Shown here: positions 26,693-35,677 of the stretch, one piece after another
Numbering within the stretch: the stretch's first letter is position 1
How the letters are laid out: the number at the start of each line of letters is the position of its first letter
DNA from: Thermoplasmata archaeon
GTDB taxonomy: Archaea > Thermoplasmatota > Thermoplasmata > RBG-16-68-12
Assembly (NCBI GenBank): GCA_035283985.1
Contig: DATESQ010000059.1
Coordinates: 1 to 54,057 of the forward strand
Length of the DNA stretch: 54,057 nucleotides
Direction: 5' to 3'
Notes under the pieces: generated by a model
What the model was told of the DNA's origin: nothing
Databases searched by the model: none
What the model saw: only the letters and a program-made list of their open reading frames with translations
Program-made: the position numbers and the translations under genes

Positions 26693-27643
26693 TCACGGGA
26701 CGCCGAATCCCTTTCGGAACTGCTCCGCGATTTCCCCGAGCTCGACCTGCGAGAAGCCCTCGAAGTCGGATACCGCCCCGTATTCCTCGAGGTGCTCCGC
26801 GCGGTAGATGTTCGGGAGCACGGACGCGACGGTCTCCTCCGAGAGAATGAACTTCAGGGCGGCCTGGGAGAGTGTCATCCCCTTGCCGTCGTGGATCCAC
26901 CGTAGGTTCGCCGCGCGCTGCCGGCCCTTTTCCACGAAATCAGAGCTCTTCACGCCGAGGTCCTCGTCCTCCGGGAGCGCTACCGCCCCCGAGGGGTTCG
27001 ATTCCAGGACACCGCCCGCGTGCGGGCCACGGATCACCATTCCCTGGTTAATCTCGAGTGCTACGGGGAAGAACCTCCGCGAGGGCTCCTGCTCGAGGAT
27101 GTTATGATGGATCTGGATGCTGCCGAGGTCCCGCCTCCGCATCGCGGCCCGCCCTTCGTCGAGATAGCCCTGACCCGGGCCCAGGACGAGACCGTAGTAC
27201 CGGATCTTTCCATCCGACCGGAGGTCCTCGAGCGCAGCCCACAGGCCCTCGCTCGTCGCCGCCGCCATATCGGGATGATGGAGCTGCACGACATCGATGT
27301 AACTCGACTCGAGTCGCGCGAGGCTCGCGTCGACGGCCCGGCGGATGTAATCCGGCGAGAAGTCCTTCGGCCCGCCCGGAGTGGTGTGCCCAACCTTCGT
27401 CGAGATCACGACGAGCTCGCGCTTCTCCCTGAACGCCATCGCGAGGAGCTTCTCGCCGAGTCCGCTCGCGTGGACGTCGCTCGTGTCGAAGTAGTTGATC
27501 CCCGCATCGTATGCGCGATGCAGGAGCTCGACGGATTGCTCCGTGGAGAACGAGCCCCATCGGCCGGTCGTCAACGTCCACGTCCCAAAGCCGATCTCAG
27601 ACACCTCGAGCTCGGTCTTCCCCATCGGACGGTAATTCACCAC
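26693..27643 (-). CDS. Aldo/keto reductase
   Basis: LEVSEIGFGTWTL...GINYFDTSDVHASGLGEKLL...STKVGH... are typical AKR motifs. Confidence 0.9.
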   Translation of the reverse strand: MVNYRPMGKTELEVSEIGFGTWTLTTGRWGSFSTEQSVELLHRAYDAGINYFDTSDVHASGLGEKLLAMAFREKRELVVISTKVGHTTPGGPKDFSPDYIRRAVDASLARLESSYIDVVQLHHPDMAAATSEGLWAALEDLRSDGKIRYYGLVLGPGQGYLDEGRAAMRRRDLGSIQIHHNILEQEPSRRFFPVALEINQGMVIRGPHAGGVLESNPSGAVALPEDEDLGVKSSDFVEKGRQRAANLRWIHDGKGMTLSQAALKFILSEETVASVLPNIYRAEHLEEYGAVSDFEGFSQVELGEIAEQFRKGFGVP

Positions 27644-27702
27644 CGCGCGGCCTCTGAAAGCCTGCGAAGGAGCACCCGGTATTTATCCGCGACGACGCGA
27701 GC

Positions 27703-27996
27703 CTAGTTCCACGTGATCGCGACGAGGGTCGCGATCGCGCCGAGTCCGGTCGCGTTGAGGAGGAGCATCGGGAACGCGACGTCTACGCCGTGCCCCGCAT
27801 CGTTCATCGCCACGTAGGCCCACATCCCGACGACGCTCTGAGCGAGAAAGAGAACCGCGAAGAGGAAGAGTCCGACGGTAAAGCGGGAGCGGATCTCCTT
27901 TACGTTTCTCCAATAGACATAGAGAAGCGCGACCAGGAGAGCCGCGGTCACGCCCGCGAAGACGATGTTCAACGCCCAGAGTAGTCGAAGTGCCAT
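27703..27996 (-). CDS. Small three-helix membrane protein paired with a wHTH regulator
   Basis: 97 aa. Same size and topology as 5459..5764, including a basic loop after helix 1. Confidence 0.65.
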   Translation of the reverse strand: MALRLLWALNIVFAGVTAALLVALLYVYWRNVKEIRSRFTVGLFLFAVLFLAQSVVGMWAYVAMNDAGHGVDVAFPMLLLNATGLGAIATLVAITWN

Positions 27997-28032
27997 CGGG
28001 GGGCCGCCCGCGATGTGGCGCTCTACATCTAT

Positions 28033-28338
28033 CTACTTTTTCCCAACGTGCGTCCAGATCTCGAGGAACTCCTCGAAATGGGTCTGGAGCCTCGGCGAGA
28101 GGGCGTATTCCGTCGCGTACCCGTTCCCGCCACCCGTCGCCATCACGATCCCGTTGCCCCGCAAAACGTCGAGGTGGTGCCGGACCGTCTTGTAGTCGAG
28201 GTGCAGGCTTTCCGCGATCACGTTCGCGTTCGACGGCCGTTCGCGGAGGATCCAGATGATCTTTGCGCGGTTGATCCCGCCGCGGGTACCTGCGACCAGG
28301 TACCACAACCGCTTGTTCACCACGGCCCGAACGCCCAA
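28033..28338 (-). CDS. ArsR-like wHTH regulator
   Basis: RAKIIWILRERPSNANVIAESLHLDYKTVRHHLDVLRGNGIV. Confidence 0.8.
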   Translation of the reverse strand: MGVRAVVNKRLWYLVAGTRGGINRAKIIWILRERPSNANVIAESLHLDYKTVRHHLDVLRGNGIVMATGGGNGYATEYALSPRLQTHFEEFLEIWTHVGKK

Positions 28339-28388
28339 CCCCCCCTGACAAAGGGACTTGAACGGCCATCGCAGAACGCTCTAATATT

Positions 28389-28402
28389 ACTATCTCGATA
28401 GT
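28389..28402. promoter_or_regulatory. Inverted repeat ACTATC-TC-GATAGT next to TAATATTA in a divergent promoter region
   Basis: Read directly. It lies between the wHTH start (28338, minus) and the UbiA start (28409, plus). The TATA-like element lies 20-27 nt before the UbiA ATG. Confidence 0.35.
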
Positions 28403-28408
28403 CGCTCA

Positions 28409-29434
28409 ATGCGCACGGCAGGCGTCGCGAAGGGGATCTTCCTCGAACTCCGCGCGATCCCGGTCCTGCTGTGGTCGTTCACGGCGATCGTGCTCGGTAC
28501 GGGGATCGCGGTCGCGGAGGCGGGACGGTTCGATCCGTGGCTCTTCGTCGAAGCCCTCCTCATCGGCGTCCTGATCCAGGGCTACGAGACGCACGCCGTA
28601 AACGAAATCTACGACTGGCGGAGCGGGACCGACGGCGATTTGAGTCCGAGGGTCCTCTCCGGGGGCAGCCGCGTCCTCCTCGCAGGGCTCCTGACGGAGC
28701 GGCAGCTCTGGGCGATCTTCGGGGTCTCGTCGATCCTCGCCTGGCTCCTTGCCGTCGACCTGTTTCTCCGAACGGGGCCGGTCGTCCTCGTGCTCGTCGC
28801 GATCGGCTACGCCGCAGGGCTGCTCTACACGGCCCCGCCTGTGCAGACCTCGTACCGGCCCTTTGCCGGGGACTGGCTCGGTGGATTCACCGGCGTCACC
28901 GCCGCGGGGCTCGGAGCGTACTACGTGCAAGCTCTCACGATCAGCGTCACGGCCGTCCTGTTCGCGGTTGCCCACGCATGCGTGTGCGTCGGCATGCTCC
29001 TCATGCACCACTACCTTGACATGGACGCGGACTCTCGGGCTCGGCCGCAGAAGCGCACGACGATCGTGTTCCTCGGACCTCGGATCGGGAAGGTCTACGC
29101 GACGTCGTTCGCGATCGCCGTGGTCGGGATCGGAGCCGTCCTCGCGCTTCTGTGGCGGGTCGAGACGATCCTCTTTGCAGCCGCAGGGGTCATCGGGCTT
29201 GTCGCGCACGCCCGCGCGAACCCGCGCGATGTAGGATCCGTGACCCGCCACGAGCTCACTGTCATTCAGGCGGGGATTGGCGGGGGACTTGCGCTCGCGG
29301 TCGTCCTGGCGCCGGTACTCCTGCCCGTCGTTCCCGTCGCAATCACTCTCTATCTCGGCCATCTCCGAGTCGCCCTCTCGGTCCGAACGCCCGCCGCGGA
29401 GCAGTACGAGACGATTGCGAATCCGCCGACGTGA
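28409..29434 (+). CDS. UbiA-family prenyltransferase
   Basis: About 9 TM helices with Asp-rich motifs NEIYDWRSGTD and HHYLDMDAD. Confidence 0.8.
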   Translation: MRTAGVAKGIFLELRAIPVLLWSFTAIVLGTGIAVAEAGRFDPWLFVEALLIGVLIQGYETHAVNEIYDWRSGTDGDLSPRVLSGGSRVLLAGLLTERQLWAIFGVSSILAWLLAVDLFLRTGPVVLVLVAIGYAAGLLYTAPPVQTSYRPFAGDWLGGFTGVTAAGLGAYYVQALTISVTAVLFAVAHACVCVGMLLMHHYLDMDADSRARPQKRTTIVFLGPRIGKVYATSFAIAVVGIGAVLALLWRVETILFAAAGVIGLVAHARANPRDVGSVTRHELTVIQAGIGGGLALAVVLAPVLLPVVPVAITLYLGHLRVALSVRTPAAEQYETIANPPT

Positions 29435-29482
29435 TCGCGTCGCGGAGAACCTTTTATCGCGCGGCTCCGATGGGCCAGCTCA

Positions 29483-30613
29483 ATGAAGCGGATTGGCTTT
29501 GTCGTGAACCCCGTTGCGGGGATGGGCGGCCGCGTCGGCCTGAAGGGAACGGACGGGCTCGTGGATCAGGCGCGCGCCCTTGGAGCCGAACCGGTCTCGC
29601 CGAAGCGGACGTCCGAGACGCTGATGGCGTTGCGTCCGCTCCCGTCTGCTTCGCAGATTCACTGGATCACGTGTCGGGGCGTCATGGGCTCCGATCACCT
29701 CGACGCCGCGGGGTTCCCGCGTGACTCCTACGAGATTGCCTTAGAGCCGCCACGGCAGACGTCCGCGGAGCATACGAAGGATGCGTGCCGCGCGTTCGAG
29801 CGACGTGACGTGGAGCTCATCGTGTTCTGTGGGGGGGATGGCACGTGTCGCGATGTGATCGATTCCGTGGACCAGCGGATCGCGATTCTCGGAATTCCGG
29901 CGGGCGTGAAGATGCACTCTGGCGTGTTTGGAATCCATCCCGCCACGGTCGCGAACATCCTCGATGCGTACGTTCAGGGGTACCTCCGGACCGGCGATGC
30001 AGAGGTCCTCGATGTCGACGAGGAGGCGTACCGCCGGGGCGAGTGGTCCGTCCGCCTCTACAGCACGGCCAAGACGCTCGTTGAGCCTGCGCTCGTGCAG
30101 ACCGGCAAGATGCTCTTCGCGGAGCTCGAAGACGATGCGATGAAGGATGAGATTGCAGACCACATCAAGGAGCTCGCAGACAAGGAGTCGGACACTCTGT
30201 TCCTTCTCGGTCCCGGATCGACCCTCGAGCACGTCGCCAGGCAGCTCGGAGTTGAGAAGACCGTCCTCGGCATCGACGCAATCCATGGAGGCGCGCTTGT
30301 GGGCAGGGATCTCGACGAGGCGGGCATCCTCGCCCTGCTCGATCGGTACAAGTCAGCGAAGCTCGTTGTGTCCCCGATCGGCGCCCAAGGGTTTGTCCTC
30401 GGGAGGGGAAATCTTCAGATCAGCCCCGCCGTGATCCGGCAAATCGGGATTGGGAATGTAATCGTCGCGTCGACTCCCGCCAAGCTGAACGCGACGCCGG
30501 TATTGCGTGTCGACACCGGCGACCCGGAGCTCGATCAGGCGTTCGCGAAGAAGGAGTACCTCTTCGTCGTGATTGGCTATCGGACGAGCAAGCTACATCC
30601 GATCAGGCTGTAA
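29483..30613 (+). CDS. ATP-NAD kinase family protein (AcoX/COG3199-like)
   Basis: MKRIGFVVNPVAGMGGRVGLKGTDG... and FCGGDGT... are characteristic of this family. Confidence 0.75.
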   Translation: MKRIGFVVNPVAGMGGRVGLKGTDGLVDQARALGAEPVSPKRTSETLMALRPLPSASQIHWITCRGVMGSDHLDAAGFPRDSYEIALEPPRQTSAEHTKDACRAFERRDVELIVFCGGDGTCRDVIDSVDQRIAILGIPAGVKMHSGVFGIHPATVANILDAYVQGYLRTGDAEVLDVDEEAYRRGEWSVRLYSTAKTLVEPALVQTGKMLFAELEDDAMKDEIADHIKELADKESDTLFLLGPGSTLEHVARQLGVEKTVLGIDAIHGGALVGRDLDEAGILALLDRYKSAKLVVSPIGAQGFVLGRGNLQISPAVIRQIGIGNVIVASTPAKLNATPVLRVDTGDPELDQAFAKKEYLFVVIGYRTSKLHPIRL

Positions 30614-30627
30614 GCGGCGGCCACGAC

Positions 30628-30843
30628 ATGTATAGGCCTAGAGTCGTCCGCAATGTTTGGAGCGCAATTCTCATCGTATTCGGAACGGTCGCGATTATCT
30701 ACGGAGTGGCCTATGGGACGCTCTGCACCACCATTTCGGCCGAGGGCATATGCAGGTACGATTTCCTCTGGCTCGGACTGCTTCTCCTGGGGTTCGGGCG
30801 AACGTCAGTGTCCTTCGGAGTTCGCGGTTTGGGGCGGGTGTGA
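30628..30843 (+). CDS. Small two-helix membrane protein (71 aa)
   Basis: Track ORF with two clear hydrophobic helices, 14 nt after the preceding gene. Confidence 0.45.
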   Translation: MYRPRVVRNVWSAILIVFGTVAIIYGVAYGTLCTTISAEGICRYDFLWLGLLLLGFGRTSVSFGVRGLGRV

Positions 30844-31088
30844 GAGGACAGCTCCTCAGAGGCGAGAACGTTGACAGCCGTGTTCCCCTTCGATGGCATC
30901 GGAGGGTTTCCACCCGTAATCTGCCGGGGAGCGACGCGCGCTCCACTGGTTGTCGTTGGCGACATGGCGTGAGACGGTGACCTGCGCGCAGCCCCCCTTC
31001 CCGCGACCACTTCAGGACACATACGGATACAAACTTGAAATACCGTCATCCCATCCGCACCCCGTTCCCCATGGAGGGGAGGGGCGCC

Positions 31089-32135
31089 ATGTCCGAGAGG
31101 ATGAAGGCTGCCGTGAAGCTGAAACCAACGCCGAAGAGCACGGAAATCCGCCCGATCCCGACACCCCAGCCACACCCGGACGAGGTGCTCATTCGCGTGA
31201 AAATCTCCTCCATCTGTGGAACAGACGTTCACATCTACGATTGGGATGCATGGGCTGCGAAGCGGATCAAAGTGCCCCTCATCCAGGGCCATGAGTTCGC
31301 GGGCGAAATCGAGAAGGTCGGGTCGAACGTGACAGGCCTGAGCAAGGGCGACTACGTGAGTGCAGAGGGTCACATCGCCTGCGGGCGATGCACGATGTGC
31401 CGCACGGGGAACGCGCACGTGTGCAAGAACGTCTCAATCATCGGAATCGATCGCGATGGCGCCTTCGCAGAGTATCTCACCGCGCCCGCATCGAACGTGA
31501 TCGTGAACGACGACGACCTTCCGCCCGAACTCGCCACGATTCAGGACCCGCTCGGTAATGCGGTCTACACTGTGACGAGCGCGAATGTCCCGGGGAAGAC
31601 CGTCGCGATCTTCGGCCTTGGACCAATCGGTCTCATGGCGGTCGCCTTGTGCCGCGCGATGGCGGCCCGTAAGGTGATCGCGGTCGGGAGGAAGAACCAG
31701 TACCGGATGGACCTCGCGAAGAAGGTCGGGGCCCACCTCGTCCTTCGGTCGAGCGAGACCCTCATCGACGAAATCATGGACGCAACCGCCGGAGAGGGCG
31801 TCGATGAGTCCCTCGAGTTTTCTGGGAGTGAGGAGGCCGTCCAGCAGGCGATCCAGATCACCCACCCTGCGGGTGGAATCCACGTCCTCGGGGTGTTTCC
31901 AAAAGACTTGAACCTCGACATATCGACGTTCGTGACGAAGGGGCTTTCCATGTACGGGATTCACGGGCGGCTGATGTACAAGACGTGGGTCCAGATGGGC
32001 GGCCTCCTGAAGAGCGGAAACCTAAACCTGAAGCCGATTCTCACGCACAGGTTCCCGCTCGACGACTATAACAAAGCGATGGAGGTCATGCGGAGCGGGA
32101 ACTGCGGGAAAGTTGCGTTCCCGATGGAGGGGTGA
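31089..32135 (+). CDS. tdh: L-threonine 3-dehydrogenase
   Basis: MKAAVKLKP...ICGTDVHIYDWDAWA...GHEFAGEI...CGRCTMCRTGNAHVC... ATG at 31089 lies inside track ORF 31035..32135. Confidence 0.9.
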   Translation: MSERMKAAVKLKPTPKSTEIRPIPTPQPHPDEVLIRVKISSICGTDVHIYDWDAWAAKRIKVPLIQGHEFAGEIEKVGSNVTGLSKGDYVSAEGHIACGRCTMCRTGNAHVCKNVSIIGIDRDGAFAEYLTAPASNVIVNDDDLPPELATIQDPLGNAVYTVTSANVPGKTVAIFGLGPIGLMAVALCRAMAARKVIAVGRKNQYRMDLAKKVGAHLVLRSSETLIDEIMDATAGEGVDESLEFSGSEEAVQQAIQITHPAGGIHVLGVFPKDLNLDISTFVTKGLSMYGIHGRLMYKTWVQMGGLLKSGNLNLKPILTHRFPLDDYNKAMEVMRSGNCGKVAFPMEG

Positions 32136-33334
32136 CGATGCAAGCCGTGACGAACCGAGATCCTGTGGGCTGGATGCGGGAGGAATACGAGAGGCTCGTC
32201 GCTGAGAGCTTGGACTGGAAACTGCGCGTCCTCCAAGGGCCGTCCGCGCCGCGGAGCCGTGTGGACGGCAAAGAGGTCATCATGCTCTGCTCGAACAATT
32301 ACCTCAATCTCTCGAATCATCCGAAGGTGAAGCGGGCGGCGCGGGAGGCCGTGAAAACCCATGGCGCGGGGAGCGGGAGCGTCCGCCCCATCGCGGGGAA
32401 CCTGGACCTCCATGAAGAACTTGAGCGCCGGATCGCGCGGTTCAAGCGACGGGAGGCTGCCTTGTTCTACATGAGCGGTTTCGCGGGAAATGCGGGGTTG
32501 ATTCCACAGCTCGCGGGGGAGGGCGACGCGATCTTCACGGACGAGCTGAACCACGGGAGCATCATCGACGGCGTCCGGCTCACGAAGGCGCAGCGGTTCA
32601 TCTACAAGCACAACGACACGTCGGACCTCGAGCGTGAGTTGAAGGAAGCGGATCCGAAGTTCAAGAAGCTCCTGATCATCAGTGACGGCGTCTTTTCGAT
32701 GGACGGGGACATTGCGCCCGTCGACAGGATCGCGAAGCTCGCAGAGGACTTCGGCGCAATGGTGTTCATCGACGACGCCCATGGTGAGGGTGTGCTCGGC
32801 GATGGCGGACGGGGCGTCGCATCGCACTTCCACGTCGAGGAGAAAATCCACGTCGAGCTCGGGACCTTCTCAAAAGCCCTCGGCGTCGTCGGTGGCTACG
32901 TGGCGGGATCGAACGACCTTCGGAACTATGCGCTCAACAAGTCGAGGACGTGGCTCCTCAGCGGGTCCCATCCACCCGCCGTCACAGCGGCGTGCATCGC
33001 CGCAATCGATGTCCTCGAGACGGAGCCCCGTCATGTGAAGAAGCTCTGGTCGAACACACGATACTTCAAGAAGCATCTCGTGTCGATGGGCTTCGACATC
33101 GGACGGAGCGAAACACCGATCACGCCCGTGATGCTCGGCGCCTCCGCGGTGGCGAAGCGATTCAGTGACCGGTTGTTCGAGGAGGGTGTGTTCGCGCTGC
33201 CGATCGTGTTCCCGATGGTCGCGCGCGACAGAGCACGGATCCGCAACATCGTGAACGCGGGGCTTTCGCGAAAAGACCTCGACGACGCCCTCGCGGCGTA
33301 CGAGATAGTTGGCAGAGAACTGAAGGTCATCTAG
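32132..33334 (+). CDS. kbl: 2-amino-3-ketobutyrate CoA ligase (glycine C-acetyltransferase)
   Basis: NNYLNLSNHPKV..., DELNHGSIIDG, DDAHG and TFSKAL (PLP lysine). It overlaps the tdh stop. Confidence 0.92.
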   Translation: MTMQAVTNRDPVGWMREEYERLVAESLDWKLRVLQGPSAPRSRVDGKEVIMLCSNNYLNLSNHPKVKRAAREAVKTHGAGSGSVRPIAGNLDLHEELERRIARFKRREAALFYMSGFAGNAGLIPQLAGEGDAIFTDELNHGSIIDGVRLTKAQRFIYKHNDTSDLERELKEADPKFKKLLIISDGVFSMDGDIAPVDRIAKLAEDFGAMVFIDDAHGEGVLGDGGRGVASHFHVEEKIHVELGTFSKALGVVGGYVAGSNDLRNYALNKSRTWLLSGSHPPAVTAACIAAIDVLETEPRHVKKLWSNTRYFKKHLVSMGFDIGRSETPITPVMLGASAVAKRFSDRLFEEGVFALPIVFPMVARDRARIRNIVNAGLSRKDLDDALAAYEIVGRELKVI

Positions 33335-33765
33335 ACGTCGGGGTCGACCTTCTTCCTTACGTACAAGACTCCCTCGAGAAACTCGTACCCCTCCTTCTCG
33401 AAGAGACGCCTCGAGGATTCATTCTCCTCATTCACGAGCGCCGCAAAGATTCGAATGCCTTTGCGAACGAGCGCTTTCTCGCACGCCCGGAGGAGCCGTG
33501 TCCCGATCCCTCGGCCCTGATACGACGGGTCCACGGCGATCCGGTTGACCCAACCCTTCCGGGAGTCGTGCGTGCCGAGGACTGTCCCGACGAGGCGATC
33601 CCCGTCGTACGCACCGAGATAGAGCCCACCGTTTACGCGGAGCTGCCGGGTAAACGCCCGCCGTTCGTCCCGCTTTCCCACACGCGAAATCAGGTCGGCG
33701 CGGCGCCACAGGTCAATCACCGCGTCGTAGTCGCTTCCTCGGAGCGGAGCAATTCGGACGGCCAT
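33331..33765 (-). CDS. GNAT-family N-acetyltransferase
   Basis: RIAVDPSYQGRGIGTRLL motif. ATG at 33765 lies inside track ORF 33331..33879. Confidence 0.85.
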   Translation of the reverse strand: MAVRIAPLRGSDYDAVIDLWRRADLISRVGKRDERRAFTRQLRVNGGLYLGAYDGDRLVGTVLGTHDSRKGWVNRIAVDPSYQGRGIGTRLLRACEKALVRKGIRIFAALVNEENESSRRLFEKEGYEFLEGVLYVRKKVDPDV

Positions 33766-33769
33766 CGTC

Positions 33770-34102
33770 TCACGCGATGCGGGCGCCGAGTTCCCTCTCC
33801 GCGTCCGGGCGGAGGAGGACGACCTCGCGATCCGTCTGAACGGCCCCGAGGACGAGGACCTCGGATACAAAGTTCGCAATCTGCTTTGGCGGGAAGTTGA
33901 ACACCGCGACGACCTGACGGCCTAGGAGGTCTTCCTTCCGATACCACGGACGAATTGCCGCAGAGGATTTCTTCATGCCTAGAGGGCCGAAATCGATCGT
34001 CAGTTTGTACGAGGGGTTCCGTGCCTCGGGAAAGTCCTGGACCTCAATCACCTTGCCCACGCGCATGTCTACCTTGCGGAATTCGTCCCAGGTCAGGGCC
34101 AT
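33770..34102 (-). CDS. csaA: CsaA-type tRNA-binding domain protein
   Basis: FRKVDMRVGKVIEVQDFPEARNPSYKLTIDFGPLGMKKSSAAI...VVAVFNFPPKQIANFVSEVLVLG. Confidence 0.85.
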   Translation of the reverse strand: MALTWDEFRKVDMRVGKVIEVQDFPEARNPSYKLTIDFGPLGMKKSSAAIRPWYRKEDLLGRQVVAVFNFPPKQIANFVSEVLVLGAVQTDREVVLLRPDAERELGARIA

Positions 34103-34112
34103 CGGTGGAACC

Positions 34113-34445
34113 TCAATGCGCGTGGCTCTCGATCACCCGCAACCCGAGGCGGCGGCACAGGCGCTCGTGCTCCCCCTTGGTGACCCACTCGACCCGCAGG
34201 TAGTCCGCGATGTCCCGCTCCGGGATGCCCATGGCCTTCGCACGCTTCACCGCGACCTCGTACGCCTCGACCTCCGTGGGCCGATCGACGTACGAGTAGC
34301 GCCGGTCCCAGAGGGGCCTGCCCTCCCGCCACTGGCGGATATGAACGAGTTCATGAATCACGTCGAGATAGAGAACCCAGGGCTCGCCCGTCTTCAGGTA
34401 GTCGAGTCCCGCGACGATGTGGCCGTCGGAATCATCGATGTACAT
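34113..34445 (-). CDS. HExxH-motif protein (putative zinc metallopeptidase-like), short paralog
   Basis: LYLDVIHELVHIRQW...YSYVDRPTEVEAY... About 70% identical to the C-terminal 110 aa of 34529..35029. It lacks the N-terminal roughly 55 aa. Confidence 0.7.
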   Translation of the reverse strand: MYIDDSDGHIVAGLDYLKTGEPWVLYLDVIHELVHIRQWREGRPLWDRRYSYVDRPTEVEAYEVAVKRAKAMGIPERDIADYLRVEWVTKGEHERLCRRLGLRVIESHAH

Positions 34446-34528
34446 GTATAGTTCTCGCTCCCGATATCTGCCAAATCGGGCGTTTCAGAGGAAGGCGAAG
34501 ACAAGCCTAAACCTAGCGGTCTCTCGGC

Positions 34529-35029
34529 TTAGTGAGCACGGGAATCTGTCACCCGGACCCCTAGTCTACGGCATAGCCGTTCATGCTCCGCCCGGCTCGT
34601 CCATTCCACACGCAAGTAGTCAGCAATCTCCCGGTCTGTCATGCCCAATTCGCGGGCGACTTCCACCGCGAACTTGTAGGCTTCAACTTCGGTGGGCCGG
34701 TCCACATAACTATAGCGGCGGTCCCAGAGATTCCTACCTTTGTGCCATTGACGAATGTGGACCAATTCGTGTAGGATGTCAAGGTACAGCGTCTGCTTCT
34801 CCCCGGTCCTGAGATAGTTCAGCCCGACCACCACGTGCCCATGCTCATCATCGATGTAGGCATAGGAATCTTCGGGGGTCAAGTGGACGAGAGTTTCCTT
34901 CAGGACGGTCTGTCTCAAGCCATTGTTGGCGAAAAGGCGCTTGAAGTGCGGGTCTCGTTCCAGACCCGGAAACACCTCGGTAAGAGCCCATCGCCCAGCT
35001 TTGAGCTTCCGGCTAATTGAGACGGACAC
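34529..35029 (-). CDS. HExxH-motif protein (putative zinc metallopeptidase-like), full-length paralog in lower-GC DNA
   Basis: 166 aa. LYLDILHELVHIRQWHKGRNLWDRRYSYVDRPTEVEAYKFAV... Spot GC counts within the gene are 48-55%, against 68% in the neighbouring paralog. Confidence 0.7.
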   Translation of the reverse strand: MSVSISRKLKAGRWALTEVFPGLERDPHFKRLFANNGLRQTVLKETLVHLTPEDSYAYIDDEHGHVVVGLNYLRTGEKQTLYLDILHELVHIRQWHKGRNLWDRRYSYVDRPTEVEAYKFAVEVARELGMTDREIADYLRVEWTSRAEHERLCRRLGVRVTDSRAH

Positions 35030-35436
35030 AACCCGGGCCGAAGCAATGCTGCCTCTTAAGACTCACTAGAACCCTGCCTCGGAATATCAATTCGGCGGAG
35101 GAAAAGTGGGAGGGAGAGGGGAGGCAGGAACAAGAGCTGGCCGGCTCTACCACTTTGCACCGGTATGCTCCCGGCGGGTAGCCAACTAGTGCAGGGTTAC
35201 GAATCCTGTGCATTACCAGTCTTGAGAACGGGGCCGACAAACCGGACACGGTTGCTGCCCGACATGGCTCCATCACCTCCATGGAGTAGGCGGAAGGCCC
35301 TATCAGCTGCCAGGCGGTAGTCGCCCTTTCGAATCGCTTCAAAGACCGGCTCGGCAGCTCTTGGCGAAGTCATCCGGACCACTGATTAGACGCAGCTGCA
35401 TGAAGCTTGGCATGCCGATGGAATGCGTGGATTTGG

Positions 35437-35453
35437 CGGTTCAAATCCGGACG
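35437..35453 (+). other. tRNA T-arm remnant (17 nt identical to the T-arm/acceptor of the tRNA-Asn at 6385..6458)
   Basis: CGGTTCAAATCCGGACG. The flanks do not fold into a tRNA (only 3 bp of T-stem remain). Confidence 0.4.
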
Positions 35454-35510
35454 GACCCATTCCTACTTGTAGCGAATGGATTTAAGATTTGGAGCCCATA
35501 TCGTCCGCGT

Positions 35511-35585
35511 GCCGTCTGGTTCCTGTCGCATCTGCTGGTGGATCAGAAGTTCATGACGCTGTTCTCCATCTTGTTCGGCGCGGGC
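35511..35585 (+). pseudogene. Short internal fragment of a YeiB/DUF418-family membrane protein gene
   Basis: AVWFLSHLLVDQKFMTLFSILFGAG corresponds to AIVWFLVHVFIDQKFMTLFSLLFGAG at 36267..36611. The nucleotide match is about 85% over about 45 nt. Confidence 0.5.
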
Positions 35586-35677
35586 TACGAGCAGACCATG
35601 GAGGCGTTCCAGAAAAATTTCCCCGCGTGGGTCGAGAAGCAGCCCCGCCCGGGCCGCGGCGCGGAGGGGAGCTCCTG

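Noticed and set aside
30844-31088. A 245-nt gap upstream of tdh, examined for a riboswitch, small RNA or small ORF.
   Set aside because: I could trace no conserved-looking helices or TATA/ORF signals. The only ORFs there are Arg/Pro-rich shadow frames (30695..30946 and 30711..31418).
35143-35215. tRNA-like pieces: gctctaccact (reverse complement of a D-arm AGTGGTAGAGC) and CAGGGTTACGAATCCTG (T-arm-like).
   Set aside because: The two pieces are in mutually inconsistent orientation and order. The T-loop has an extra base, and I could not fold any acceptor or anticodon stem. This is not a tRNA gene. It might be further att-type debris, but the evidence is too weak to call.
35013-35382. ORFs 35013..35342 and 35197..35382 in the low-GC islet.
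   Set aside because: They overlap each other, have no motif I recognise, have no convincing start context, and have unconvincing composition. I left them uncalled; they could be decayed genes of the putative element.
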